A stretch of DNA of 42,279 nt, taken from contig JAHHST010000001.1 in assembly GCA_020025055.1 (NCBI GenBank), forward strand, positions 1 to 42,279. The letters are read 5' to 3'. A program made the position numbers and the translations under genes. The notes beneath the pieces were generated by a model. The model did not search any database, had not been told where the DNA came from, and saw nothing but the letters and a program-made list of their open reading frames with translations. The stretch is from Longicatena sp. Lineage in GTDB: Bacteria > Bacillota_I > Bacilli_A > Erysipelotrichales > Erysipelotrichaceae. Shown piece after piece: positions 26,744 through 38,322 of the stretch (its first letter is position 1; each line of letters opens with the position of its first letter).

Positions 26744-27211
26744 TTATTCAATTGATATTTTTGTATCTCCTGGCACATCTTGAATATATACATTCAAACC
26801 TTTTGATGCTAAGTATTGTAAATCATCCATATCTTCATCATCTACATATACTTTTTTAGATAATGCTCGTTTTCCTTCTGAAAAATGCATGTTACCTACA
26901 TTCACATCTTTCAATTCTACTCCTAAATCTACTAAACGACGTACATCTTTAGGAGTTCTACAAACTACAAAAATCTTTTGAGTAGGTGCTGCTTTGTTAA
27001 TAATAGCTGCAGTATGTTCAACTGTAAAAAAGCGAATCCCCACTCCTGAAGATTTTGCTGTCATGGCCATTAACGATTGTACAGTTTTATCTCCAGCAGT
27101 TTCGTCATCTGCAACAACAATTAAATTTGCACCAATTGTTTTTGTCCATGTAACTCCAACTTGTCCATGAACTAATCGATTATCGATACGAGTTAATAAA
27201 ATATTTGGCAT
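26744..27211 (-). CDS. PTS mannose/fructose/sorbose family IIB component
   Basis: Phosphorylation-site motif LTRIDNRLVHGQV. I chose the ATG at 27211 (MPNILL), 9 nt after GGAGG. The 21 extra codons of the tracked ORF run through the sigma-54 promoter. Confidence 0.9.
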   Translation of the reverse strand: MPNILLTRIDNRLVHGQVGVTWTKTIGANLIVVADDETAGDKTVQSLMAMTAKSSGVGIRFFTVEHTAAIINKAAPTQKIFVVCRTPKDVRRLVDLGVELKDVNVGNMHFSEGKRALSKKVYVDDEDMDDLQYLASKGLNVYIQDVPGDTKISIE

Positions 27212-27242
27212 AATCATCCACCTCCGTCTTTCACTTATATAT

Positions 27243-27258
27243 AGCAAAAAGCGTGCCA
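27243..27258 (-). promoter_or_regulatory. sigma-54 (-24/-12) promoter of the PTS IIB-IIC-IID-HAD operon
   Basis: Minus strand: TGGCACGCTTTTTGCT, i.e. GG-N10-GC matching the consensus TGGCAC-N5-TTGCW. It lies 32 nt upstream of the IIB ATG and 38 nt downstream of the levR stop. Confidence 0.8.
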
Positions 27259-27295
27259 ACATAGTGTCGGACACGTTTTTTGTTATTATTTCGTT

Positions 27296-30019
27296 TTATT
27301 TGAAGTAATTTAATATAAATAGCGCTTCTATATCTGAAATTTCGACACTATATCTTTCACTTACGCCACTAAAAGCATTTTTTACGTATTGAATGCGTTC
27401 CTTTTCATTTTTCACTTGAGTTTCCATTCCTTTTGCCTCATCAATTGCTTGTTTCAAAATCAATCGTTCAATTAAACAACTAATATGTATATATAACCCT
27501 ACCTTTTTCGTAGCATCTAGTTCTTCTTTTAAATCATTTTCAAGATATGTGACAATTTCTTCAACATCATTAATAATTTTTTCTCCATTCAGAATAGTTA
27601 AATGATTTACAATATTTGATAAAGTAAAATTTTTAGTAATATTTTTTCTAAATTCAACTAGCTCTTCATTATTTAAATATTCTTTCATAATTTGTTCTAT
27701 AATCTCAAATTCATCATTCATCATGACACTTTCTATTGCCATGAAAGGAATATTCTCTATTTTTGGATCTAATGTACCAATAATCAAATCGACATCATAC
27801 CTATTAAACACAAGGTCACTTGTTCCATTTTCTACCAATTCTTTATAGTTATATGGTATGATAACCAGATCAATTTTTCTTGGCAATGACATAATCAACA
27901 ATTCACATATTTTTTGTGCTGCACCAAAACCTGTAGCACAAATTGATAAAATTGCCTTTTGTTTTTTTCTACTTTTCACAAAATGAGTTGAAATTTTATA
28001 TTTCTCATTAATATGTTCTAATACTTCTTCAATACATTTTCCTTGTAATATATCGTTTCCAACGGATAACGCCATTCCTGTTGATACATTATTTATGATT
28101 CCAATATTATAATCAAATACAGGCTTTATTTTTTTATAAATTGCTTCTAAACTACCCATGTCTACTAAAAAAATCAACTCTTTGATTGTACTTTTTCTCT
28201 TAATATATTCTTCAACTAATTTAGCTATTTTATCTATTGAAATATTAATTTCCATATCGATACCATCAAATATATATTGCCCTAACATCCTATTCACTGT
28301 TTCTGCAATACTGCTCGCTGTTGAATACCCATGGCATAGTATAACCCCGCCATAAGAACTAGGACCATCATCTTGATACTTTTCAAAAGAAACTGTTATC
28401 ATAAATAATAACAAATTATCTACTTCTATATCCAAATTTATTTTTATATTATCTATAATTTCTGTTGCTATATTGAATGCACGAGGTAGATATTCCTGCA
28501 ATTCATTCATCATTTTATCAATAATTTCTTTATTCTCACTAGTCCAAATATTTGTATCTGTATAACTTTTAGAGTATTCCAACAATATTTTTGAATAAAT
28601 TTTAATTTCATTATTAGGAATTGCTAAAGAATATTTATTCATCACAATAGAAAATATTTTATCTAATAATTTTAATAAATACTCTTCGTTTGTATTGTTT
28701 AAATAGCTACCATGAAACATAACGTAGTCTATATAATGTTCAATAATTAAACTAACTTTATTCTTATATGTATCAAATGAATCATTCATTTTTTCATATT
28801 GAATATAAGTGTTCAATATTTGCTGATACAATTTTAGAATAAATGAAGAATCATTTAAGCTACTTTTTAATGTGGAAATTGGAATCAAGTTTTCTTCTGT
28901 ATTGTGAACAGTAGACTTAAGTTGCATCGTTTTCAAGGTTGAAAAAATATATTCAGGCAAATCCTTCACCTTTACTTTTAATTTTTTAGACTCTTTATTC
29001 AATAAAAATGAATTTGCACAAGCTCCTTTAATTGCATTTTTTAATGTACCTACATTTCCTATAAATTCAAAATCCATCAATGTTTGATAGGCCAAATTAC
29101 TTATCAATATTTCTTTATTTAAACGTTTACTTTCTTTATGAAACATTTCATATATTAATTCTCTTTTTTCTATTAATGGTCTTTCTTTTAATGATGGTAC
29201 AGTAATAATAATTGGAATTCTTCGTAATAAAGTTTTTAATAATGCATTTTGTGGATTTTCAGTAGTAGCAAAAACAAGTCTACATTTCGAAGTATACCAA
29301 TTATCATTATCCCCTACTTTATGGTACATTTGTTTATCCATAAAGAAAAATAATTTTTCTTGGCATTCCGCTTTTAAACAATGCACTTCATCAAGAAACA
29401 AAATTCCTCCATCTGCCAATGCGATTAAACCTTCGTTATCTTCATCAGCACCAGTATATGCACCTTTGACATTCCCAAATAAATTTGTTGTCAGTAATTC
29501 TGGATTATTTGCATATTCAGAACAATTTACCGCAATAAATCTTTTATCTTTATCTATTATTTTTTGATTTAATGCATAATCATACATCATAGAAGCAATC
29601 ATACTTTTTCCTGTTCCTGTTGGACCTTGAATAAGAATTGGCAATCCACCTGGATATGTAACTGCAGCTTTACAATGATCAACAACACTCTTTAATGAGT
29701 TGTTATATCCAATTAAATTTTCAAAATCCATTTTGTCTTCACGAAAACAATTGATAAAATCATCAAATGATTCATAGACATCTTGATCACTCTTTCGAAT
29801 CATTTTTTCTTCAATGACATTTCGAGCAAAAAAATAAACAGGTCTTGTATTTATTTTAATAGCTTCCCCTTGTTTTACTTTTTCATTTAAATACTGTGAA
29901 ACTGTATTTCTACCTATATTTAAAGATAACGCAATATCTGCAGCTGTAAAAACTTTATTTTCTTCTATCACATTTTCTTTTGTTCGATTCATTAATTCTA
30001 AAAATACTTTTTCCTTCAT
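27296..30019 (-). CDS. levR: sigma-54-dependent PRD-containing transcriptional activator, LevR/ManR type
   Basis: 907 aa. N-terminal wHTH; AAA+ core with Walker A GPTGTGKS and the sigma-54 contact loop GAYTGA (a GAFTGA variant); PRD regions; EIIA(Man)-like segment VILCHGYSTASSIAE; EIIB(Gat)-like segment ICATGFGAAQ. Confidence 0.92.
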   Translation of the reverse strand: MKEKVFLELMNRTKENVIEENKVFTAADIALSLNIGRNTVSQYLNEKVKQGEAIKINTRPVYFFARNVIEEKMIRKSDQDVYESFDDFINCFREDKMDFENLIGYNNSLKSVVDHCKAAVTYPGGLPILIQGPTGTGKSMIASMMYDYALNQKIIDKDKRFIAVNCSEYANNPELLTTNLFGNVKGAYTGADEDNEGLIALADGGILFLDEVHCLKAECQEKLFFFMDKQMYHKVGDNDNWYTSKCRLVFATTENPQNALLKTLLRRIPIIITVPSLKERPLIEKRELIYEMFHKESKRLNKEILISNLAYQTLMDFEFIGNVGTLKNAIKGACANSFLLNKESKKLKVKVKDLPEYIFSTLKTMQLKSTVHNTEENLIPISTLKSSLNDSSFILKLYQQILNTYIQYEKMNDSFDTYKNKVSLIIEHYIDYVMFHGSYLNNTNEEYLLKLLDKIFSIVMNKYSLAIPNNEIKIYSKILLEYSKSYTDTNIWTSENKEIIDKMMNELQEYLPRAFNIATEIIDNIKINLDIEVDNLLLFMITVSFEKYQDDGPSSYGGVILCHGYSTASSIAETVNRMLGQYIFDGIDMEINISIDKIAKLVEEYIKRKSTIKELIFLVDMGSLEAIYKKIKPVFDYNIGIINNVSTGMALSVGNDILQGKCIEEVLEHINEKYKISTHFVKSRKKQKAILSICATGFGAAQKICELLIMSLPRKIDLVIIPYNYKELVENGTSDLVFNRYDVDLIIGTLDPKIENIPFMAIESVMMNDEFEIIEQIMKEYLNNEELVEFRKNITKNFTLSNIVNHLTILNGEKIINDVEEIVTYLENDLKEELDATKKVGLYIHISCLIERLILKQAIDEAKGMETQVKNEKERIQYVKNAFSGVSERYSVEISDIEALFILNYFK

Positions 30020-30041
30020 AATTTCACCTACATCTATATTA

Positions 30042-30551
30042 TTATCTTTTTATCTTCATTAAATCATAATTTAATTCAGTAAATTTTTCAATTGCTGTCC
30101 CTGGTACATCTTGATAAAATAATTGTACCCCTTTACTTAAAATATAATTCACAGCATCTACATCTTCTTTAGATAAATAAACCTTATGATTAAATACCAC
30201 CCTACCTCTTTCATAATGAATATTTCCAACATTTATACGTGATAAAAAAATATCTTTTTCCAATATTTTTTTAGCAACTTGAAGTGAAGGTATCACTAAA
30301 AATATTTTCTTATTCTTATCTAATTTACAATAGTTATTTATAAATTCATCTATTGTATAAAATATAATATTTAAACTAGCTGCAGTTGCTACGCTTTGCA
30401 TCAGTTTCTGTGAAAACGGGCTTGTAGCAGTCATATCATCCACTACTACTAATGAATTTATATTCAACACATGTCCCCATGTCATTCCTACTTGACCATG
30501 AACTAAACGATTGTCTATTCTTGTAAGCACAATATTATCTGTATTCATCAT
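30042..30551 (-). CDS. second PTS mannose-family IIB-like protein, co-transcribed with levR
   Basis: LTRIDNRLVHGQVG phosphohistidine motif and IIB(Sor) length (169 aa). Only 22 nt separate it from the levR start. Confidence 0.85.
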   Translation of the reverse strand: MMNTDNIVLTRIDNRLVHGQVGMTWGHVLNINSLVVVDDMTATSPFSQKLMQSVATAASLNIIFYTIDEFINNYCKLDKNKKIFLVIPSLQVAKKILEKDIFLSRINVGNIHYERGRVVFNHKVYLSKEDVDAVNYILSKGVQLFYQDVPGTAIEKFTELNYDLMKIKR

Positions 30552-30575
30552 ATTCCTCCATTCAGTATATTATTT

Positions 30576-30612
30576 ATATGTTACAATCTAATTTTATAAG
30601 ATTGTAACATAT
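30576..30612. promoter_or_regulatory. perfect 14-bp-arm inverted repeat in the divergent IIB-levR / rpoN control region
   Basis: ATATGTTACAATCT (30576-30589) - 9 nt - AGATTGTAACATAT (30599-30612). It overlaps a possible -35 for the IIB-levR transcript (TTAGAT-16-TATACT on the minus strand). Confidence 0.5.
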
Positions 30613-30682
30613 AATTCATCATAGTTTTATAATTATATTTATTATATATATGGTAAATATATTAGTAAGGAGGTTTTTACAT

Positions 30683-31945
30683 ATGAAAACTACTCATAAC
30701 CTGATTCCTGAAATAAAACAAACTCAAACACTGTCTACTCGTCAGTTACAAAATTTAAAAATACTTGAATTTTCAAATTATGAACTTCAACAACACATTC
30801 AGAACGAACTAGAATCAAATCCTCTTTTAGAACAAGACTATTCGTTTGAAGATGGATATATTAGTAAATGTCAATGTAATTTTGAACTTATGTTAAATTA
30901 TGTAGTACAGGAAGAGTCATTACAAGATATTTTACAACAACAAATTCATTGCTATCGTAAACCAATTCATGAAGATTTAGCTATTTTTTTATCTAATCTA
31001 TTAGATGAAAATGGCTATCTTACATATTCAAATAAAAAAATTCAAAAATATTTTTCTCAATATTCAATTGATGATATAGAAGATACCATCAATATTTTAC
31101 AAACCTTTGAACCTTCTGGTATCTTTGCACGAAATTTACAAGAATGTCTTTTAATACAATTAACTTCTACATCTCATAAACAATCTAATCTTGCCATTAC
31201 TTTAGTAAATGATTTTTTAGAAGACATCGCACTCAATAATTTAAACAAGATATCCTCTCATTTAAAAGTAAGTGTAGATGATATAAAAGAGGCTGTTTCA
31301 TTAATAAAATCCCTAAATCCAAAACCTGGTTCAAATTTTGCTTCATCTTCTATTTATCTATACCCTGATATTTTTGTATCTGTAGATAATGATGAAGTAC
31401 ATATTGAACTATTTAGAAATAACTACGGATTACACTTACAATCCTATGATTTCTTATCTCACTACGAAGACACTAAAAAATATTTAAAACAAGAAAAAGT
31501 AAAAGCGGAACATCTTATTTCGAGTATTAATAAAAGAAATACAACTTTATTACATATTACAGAATCCATTATTGCACACCAATTAGCTTACTTTACAGAA
31601 GGAAAGGCATTACGTCCTTTATCATTAAAAATTATTGCTGATGAATTGCAATATAGTGAATCCACAATAAGTAGATGTATATCAAATAAATCTTTAATCT
31701 TTAATACGCAAATAATTCCATTAAAATACTTTTTTGTAAAATCTGTGTCTGAATCAGATAAAAGTACAAATGAAGTTTACAAAGCATTAAAAGATTTAAT
31801 CCACTCTGAAAATCCTAACCACCCTTATAGCGATCAAAAACTGTGTTATTTATTAAATGAAAATGGTTTTCAGATTTCTAGAAGAACCGTTGCAAAATAT
31901 AGAAACATTTTGCATGTTCCAAGCGCTGCACAAAGAAAACAATAA
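30683..31945 (+). CDS. rpoN: RNA polymerase sigma-54 factor
   Basis: Region I (LSTRQLQNLKILEFSNYELQQHIQNELESNPLLE), an HTH (SESTISRCISNK) and the RpoN box RRTVAKYR. I chose the ATG at 30683, 8 nt after AGGAGG. The tracked ORF starts 33 nt earlier. Confidence 0.93.
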   Translation: MKTTHNLIPEIKQTQTLSTRQLQNLKILEFSNYELQQHIQNELESNPLLEQDYSFEDGYISKCQCNFELMLNYVVQEESLQDILQQQIHCYRKPIHEDLAIFLSNLLDENGYLTYSNKKIQKYFSQYSIDDIEDTINILQTFEPSGIFARNLQECLLIQLTSTSHKQSNLAITLVNDFLEDIALNNLNKISSHLKVSVDDIKEAVSLIKSLNPKPGSNFASSSIYLYPDIFVSVDNDEVHIELFRNNYGLHLQSYDFLSHYEDTKKYLKQEKVKAEHLISSINKRNTTLLHITESIIAHQLAYFTEGKALRPLSLKIIADELQYSESTISRCISNKSLIFNTQIIPLKYFFVKSVSESDKSTNEVYKALKDLIHSENPNHPYSDQKLCYLLNENGFQISRRTVAKYRNILHVPSAAQRKQ

Positions 31946-32042
31946 AAAAGGTTATACAGTGAAATGAACCTCCCCAAAAAGTTAGATCTAAAATCTACCG
32001 ATTAAAAGGTCAGTTCATTCAACTGGTATAACCTCTTTTTTT
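31944..32042. terminator. long bidirectional terminator between convergent rpoN and atpC
   Basis: A6 + GGTTATACAGTGAAATGAAC (31950-31969) ... GTTCATTCAACTGGTATAACC (32013-32033) + T-run. The ~20-bp stem has one bulge and two mismatches. The 43-nt interior contains a TAGAT/ATCTA mini-hairpin. Confidence 0.65.
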
Positions 32043-32044
32043 AT

Positions 32045-32437
32045 TTAACTATTATATACGTGAATACGATTAATAGCTTTTGCTAACGCAACTTCAGCTC
32101 TTTTTATATTTGTATCTTGATCACGTTTTTGTAAACGAACTTCTGCACGTTCTTTCGCACGTTTTGCACGTTCAATATCAATTTCTTCTCTGCCTTCAAC
32201 AGCATCACTTAAAATACGCATTTCATTGTCTGCAAATTGCATTAAACCACCAGCCATTGCATAATCTTTTTTCTGCTTATTTTCTGTAAGAGTACATTTA
32301 CAAGTTTTAAGCATTGCAACAATTGGCATATGGTTAGAAAGAATTGTTGTTTCACCTTCTACTGTTGTTAGATGTACTTCTTCCACTTCTCCCTCTTTAT
32401 ATAATCCAAGGGGAGTAATGATTTTTAGCTTAATCAT
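32045..32437 (-). CDS. atpC: F1 ATP synthase epsilon subunit
   Basis: 130 aa. The N-terminal beta-sandwich pattern (KIITPLG...EGETTILSNHMPIVA) and C-terminal helical hairpin fit epsilon. It is the last gene of the atp operon. Confidence 0.93.
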   Translation of the reverse strand: MIKLKIITPLGLYKEGEVEEVHLTTVEGETTILSNHMPIVAMLKTCKCTLTENKQKKDYAMAGGLMQFADNEMRILSDAVEGREEIDIERAKRAKERAEVRLQKRDQDTNIKRAEVALAKAINRIHVYNS

Positions 32438-32441
32438 AAGA

Positions 32442-34699
<2,258 letters not shown>

Positions 34700-34702
34700 A
34701 AA

Positions 34703-36223
34703 CTATCCTTCTAACGTATTCTTGAATACAGTTTCAAAAGATTTCAATGCTTCTGTTATACGAGCAGATAATGCATCATCTAATGCACCTTTTTCATGAA
34801 TATCTTTAATGATATCTGCATGTTCACGTTCCATATATTTTAGCATTTCTCTTTCATATACTTTTACCTGATCAACTTTAACAGGTTTCAAGAATTTATG
34901 TTTTGCCGCAAATAAAGATAATACCTGATGTTCTACTGGCATTGGTTCATATTGATTTTGAATTAATAATTTTGTTAATCGTTCTCCATGAGCCAATGTT
35001 TCTGTAGTAGCTGCATCTAAATCACTACCAAATTTTGCGAAAGCTTGCATTTCACGGAATTGTGCTAATTCTAATTTTAAGCTTCCACTCACTTGTTTCA
35101 TTGCTTTGATTTGAGCTGCACTACCTACACGAGATACAGATAAACCACTATCTACTGCAGGTCTTACCCCACTATTAAATAATTCTGTTTGTAAGAAAAT
35201 TTGTCCATCTGTAATTGAAATAACATTTGTTGGAATATAAGCTGAGATATCACCAGCTTGTGTTTCAATGATTGGTAAAGCAGTTAAACTTCCTCCACCT
35301 AATTCATCATTTAATTTTGCTGCACGTTCCAATAAACGACTATGTAAATAGAATACATCTCCTGGATATGCTTCACGTCCAGGTGGGCGTTTTAATAATA
35401 ATGACATTGTACGATAAGCTACCGCATGTTTACTTAAGTCATCATAAATAATTAAAACATCTTCTCCATTTTCCATCCATTCTTCACCAATCGCACATCC
35501 TGCATATGGTGCAATATATTGTAATGGAGCAGGATCACTTGCTGTAGAAGATACGATTGTTGTATATTCCATAGCTCCATGACTTCTTAATTTTTCAACG
35601 ATTTGTGCAACTGTACTTGCTTTTTGTCCAATCGCAACATAGATACACTTCACGTTTTTATCTTTTTGATTGATAATTGTATCAATCGCAATTGCTGTTT
35701 TACCTGTTTGACGGTCACCAATGATTAACTCACGTTGTCCTTTTCCAATAGGAATCATAGAATCGATAACTTTTAAACCTGTTTGAACTGGTTGATGAAC
35801 ACTTTTACGTGTCATAACCCCAGGAGCTACACGTTCTACTGGACGGAATTTATCACTTACAATAGGTGTTCCTCCATCAATTGCTTGTCCTAATGCATTT
35901 ACAACACGTCCAAGCATCATATCCCCAACAGGAACCTCTACGATTTTCCCTGTACGTTTTACTTCGTCTCCCTCTTTGATTCCTTTGTCATCACCTAATA
36001 ATACGGCTCCAACATGTTCCTCTTCAAGGTTTAATACCATTCCATATACATCATGTGGGAATAGTAATAATTCTCCAGACATTGCATTTTTTAGACCATG
36101 AACAAGTGATATACCATCACCGATGGTAATTACAGTACCAGTTTCTCCAACTTCTAATTCATCATCGTAGCGGCGTATCTGTTCTTTAATCAGTTTGCTA
36201 ATTTCTTCTGGTCTCAAACTCAC
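34703..36223 (-). CDS. atpA: F1 ATP synthase alpha subunit
   Basis: Walker A GDRQTGKT. The typical N-terminus SLRPEEIS is reached from the GTG at 36223, 6 nt after GAGGTG. The tracked ORF starts 9 nt earlier. Confidence 0.97.
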   Translation of the reverse strand: MSLRPEEISKLIKEQIRRYDDELEVGETGTVITIGDGISLVHGLKNAMSGELLLFPHDVYGMVLNLEEEHVGAVLLGDDKGIKEGDEVKRTGKIVEVPVGDMMLGRVVNALGQAIDGGTPIVSDKFRPVERVAPGVMTRKSVHQPVQTGLKVIDSMIPIGKGQRELIIGDRQTGKTAIAIDTIINQKDKNVKCIYVAIGQKASTVAQIVEKLRSHGAMEYTTIVSSTASDPAPLQYIAPYAGCAIGEEWMENGEDVLIIYDDLSKHAVAYRTMSLLLKRPPGREAYPGDVFYLHSRLLERAAKLNDELGGGSLTALPIIETQAGDISAYIPTNVISITDGQIFLQTELFNSGVRPAVDSGLSVSRVGSAAQIKAMKQVSGSLKLELAQFREMQAFAKFGSDLDAATTETLAHGERLTKLLIQNQYEPMPVEHQVLSLFAAKHKFLKPVKVDQVKVYEREMLKYMEREHADIIKDIHEKGALDDALSARITEALKSFETVFKNTLEG

Positions 36224-36241
36224 CACATTCACCTCGCTTAA

Positions 36242-36790
36242 TTACTTTCCTTCAGATATATTCAAAACAGAGCGTTTTAAACGTTGTAGTCTTCCATCTG
36301 CTGAATTGTCTATAATCTGATCATTGATTTTAATGCGAATACCAGCAAGCAGACTTTCGTCTGTTGTTAGTACAAACTCTACTTTTTTATTTAATTTTGT
36401 TTCTAATGTTTCTTTTAACTTTTGAACTTCGTTATCTTTTAATTTTGTAGCACTTTTTACATAAACCACTTGAATATTGTTAAATTTGTTATATTCTTTA
36501 TTAAATTCTTTACGAATTTCTTCTAGTTTTGAAAAACGCCCTTTATCAATTAATAATTTTAAAAAGTTTAATAACATATGATCAATCTGTGTACCAAAAA
36601 CAGATCCGATAATATTTTTCTTTTCTTCTTTATTAATTTTTGGATGTACCATAACAGATTTAAAATCCATATCGTTTTTCACACTGTCTGCAACAATATT
36701 TAACTGTTCTTTAAATACATCTAATTTTTGATCTTCTTGTCCTAACGCAAATAATGCATCACAATAGTTTTTACTAACTAAGCTTGCCAT
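36242..36790 (-). CDS. atpH: F1 ATP synthase delta (OSCP) subunit
   Basis: 182 aa with an OSCP-like N-terminus (VSKNYCDALFAL). Position between atpF and atpA. Confidence 0.9.
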   Translation of the reverse strand: MASLVSKNYCDALFALGQEDQKLDVFKEQLNIVADSVKNDMDFKSVMVHPKINKEEKKNIIGSVFGTQIDHMLLNFLKLLIDKGRFSKLEEIRKEFNKEYNKFNNIQVVYVKSATKLKDNEVQKLKETLETKLNKKVEFVLTTDESLLAGIRIKINDQIIDNSADGRLQRLKRSVLNISEGK

Positions 36791-37296
36791 GAGTCATCAC
36801 CTGCATGTTCAATAAAATCATTTACATATTTTTGTTGTTGTTCTTCATCAAGTTCTTTTTCAATAATTTTACTTGCTGCTTCAAACGCAACATCTGCAAT
36901 GGTTTGTTTCATTTCTTTTTGTGCTTGAACTTTTTCACGTTCTATATCCTGCATCGCTTTTGTTTTTAATCCATCTGCTTCTTCTCTTGCTTTTGCTAAA
37001 ATTTCTTTCTTTTCAGCACTTGCATTTTGTTTCGCAGTTTCTAAAATATCAAAAGCTTCACTTTTGACATTTGCCATTTGCATTTCATACTGTTCTTTAT
37101 AGCTTTCTCCAGCTTTTCTAGCTTCTTCTCCAGCATTGATATCTGCTGCAATAGCATCTTGACGTTTTTGGAAAAATTCTAAAATTACATCCCAAAAATA
37201 ATGCTTTGCAATCAAACAAATAATAAGGGTAGAAATACAAACAAGAGCCATATCCACAGGATTTATGCGCAGGTAATTTGAAATATTTATATCCAT
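36778..37296 (-). CDS. atpF: Fo ATP synthase b subunit
   Basis: A single N-terminal TM segment followed by a long charged helix (AKAREEADGLKTKAMQDIEREK). Operon position fits atpF. Confidence 0.9.
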   Translation of the reverse strand: MDINISNYLRINPVDMALVCISTLIICLIAKHYFWDVILEFFQKRQDAIAADINAGEEARKAGESYKEQYEMQMANVKSEAFDILETAKQNASAEKKEILAKAREEADGLKTKAMQDIEREKVQAQKEMKQTIADVAFEAASKIIEKELDEEQQQKYVNDFIEHAGDDSWQA

Positions 37297-37329
37297 CTGC
37301 TCATCCTCCTTGTAGCTTTGCTAGATATC

Positions 37330-37590
<261 letters not shown>

Positions 37591-37623
37591 CTATATTTAT
37601 CAATAAATAGCTTTTTTTATTAC

Positions 37624-38319
37624 TTATTCTTCTTCATCAGCATATGATTCACTCAAGAAGAAACTTGCAAGAGTGAAGAATATGTAGGTTTGAATTAACC
37701 CTGAGAAGATATCAAAATACGCATGTAAGAACGGTGTAAAAGAGAATCCTAAAACACCTAGGGGCATAACTAACTTCATAAGCGTATAAACTAATGTAGT
37801 AATAATCGTACCAGCAAGTAAGTTACCAAACAAACGTAGTGATAAGGATACTGGCAATGCCAAATCACCTAATAAGTTCATTGGTAAGAATAGAATAAAT
37901 GGATCGGTTAACTCTTTCCATCTTCCTATTGCTCCTTTTTCTTTAAGACCAACGAATTGAATTAATAAAAACATCATAAGTGCTAATGTTACATTGACAC
38001 TTAAGTTTGATGTTGGGGGTTGCAATCCGATTAATCCTAAAAGATTACTTGGAGCCATCAAAAAAATTAAAGTACCAAAAAATGGTAAATATAATCTTGT
38101 ACGTGATTTTAAGTTTCCAGATACAATTCCTGTACTAAGATTTACTAAATACTCACATACAAGCACAAAGCCTTTTGGCGGCTTTGTTGGATCTGCTTTC
38201 TTAATCTTATTTCCAGCTACTATAAAAAAGATAGCTAAGACTACGCAAAGCAATAGCCAATTGACGATGGATGGATGAACTTGAAATGTCATTCCACCTA
38301 TTTGGATTACAAATTCCAC
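37624..38319 (-). CDS. atpB: Fo ATP synthase a subunit
   Basis: Polytopic. Has the conserved stator arginine region LSLRLFGNLLAG and the C-terminal HAYFDIFSGLIQTYIFFTL. Confidence 0.95.
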   Translation of the reverse strand: MEFVIQIGGMTFQVHPSIVNWLLLCVVLAIFFIVAGNKIKKADPTKPPKGFVLVCEYLVNLSTGIVSGNLKSRTRLYLPFFGTLIFLMAPSNLLGLIGLQPPTSNLSVNVTLALMMFLLIQFVGLKEKGAIGRWKELTDPFILFLPMNLLGDLALPVSLSLRLFGNLLAGTIITTLVYTLMKLVMPLGVLGFSFTPFLHAYFDIFSGLIQTYIFFTLASFFLSESYADEEE

Positions 38320-38322
38320 AAA

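Noticed and set aside
27212-27274. N-terminal extensions of tracked ORFs (PTS IIB 27212-27274; upp 39498-39563; rpiB 40569-40610; rpoN 30650-30682; mreB 18695-18712; atpZ 38876-38908)
   Set aside because: In each case a downstream ATG or GTG has a properly spaced GGAGG-type RBS and restores the conserved family N-terminus. The extensions overlap promoters, leaders or the preceding gene.
30599-30612. Catabolite-responsive element (cre) within the rpoN/levR palindrome
   Set aside because: ATTGTAACATATAA matches the outer TG.AA...CA-like positions only loosely and lacks the central CG of WTGNAANCGNWNNCW.
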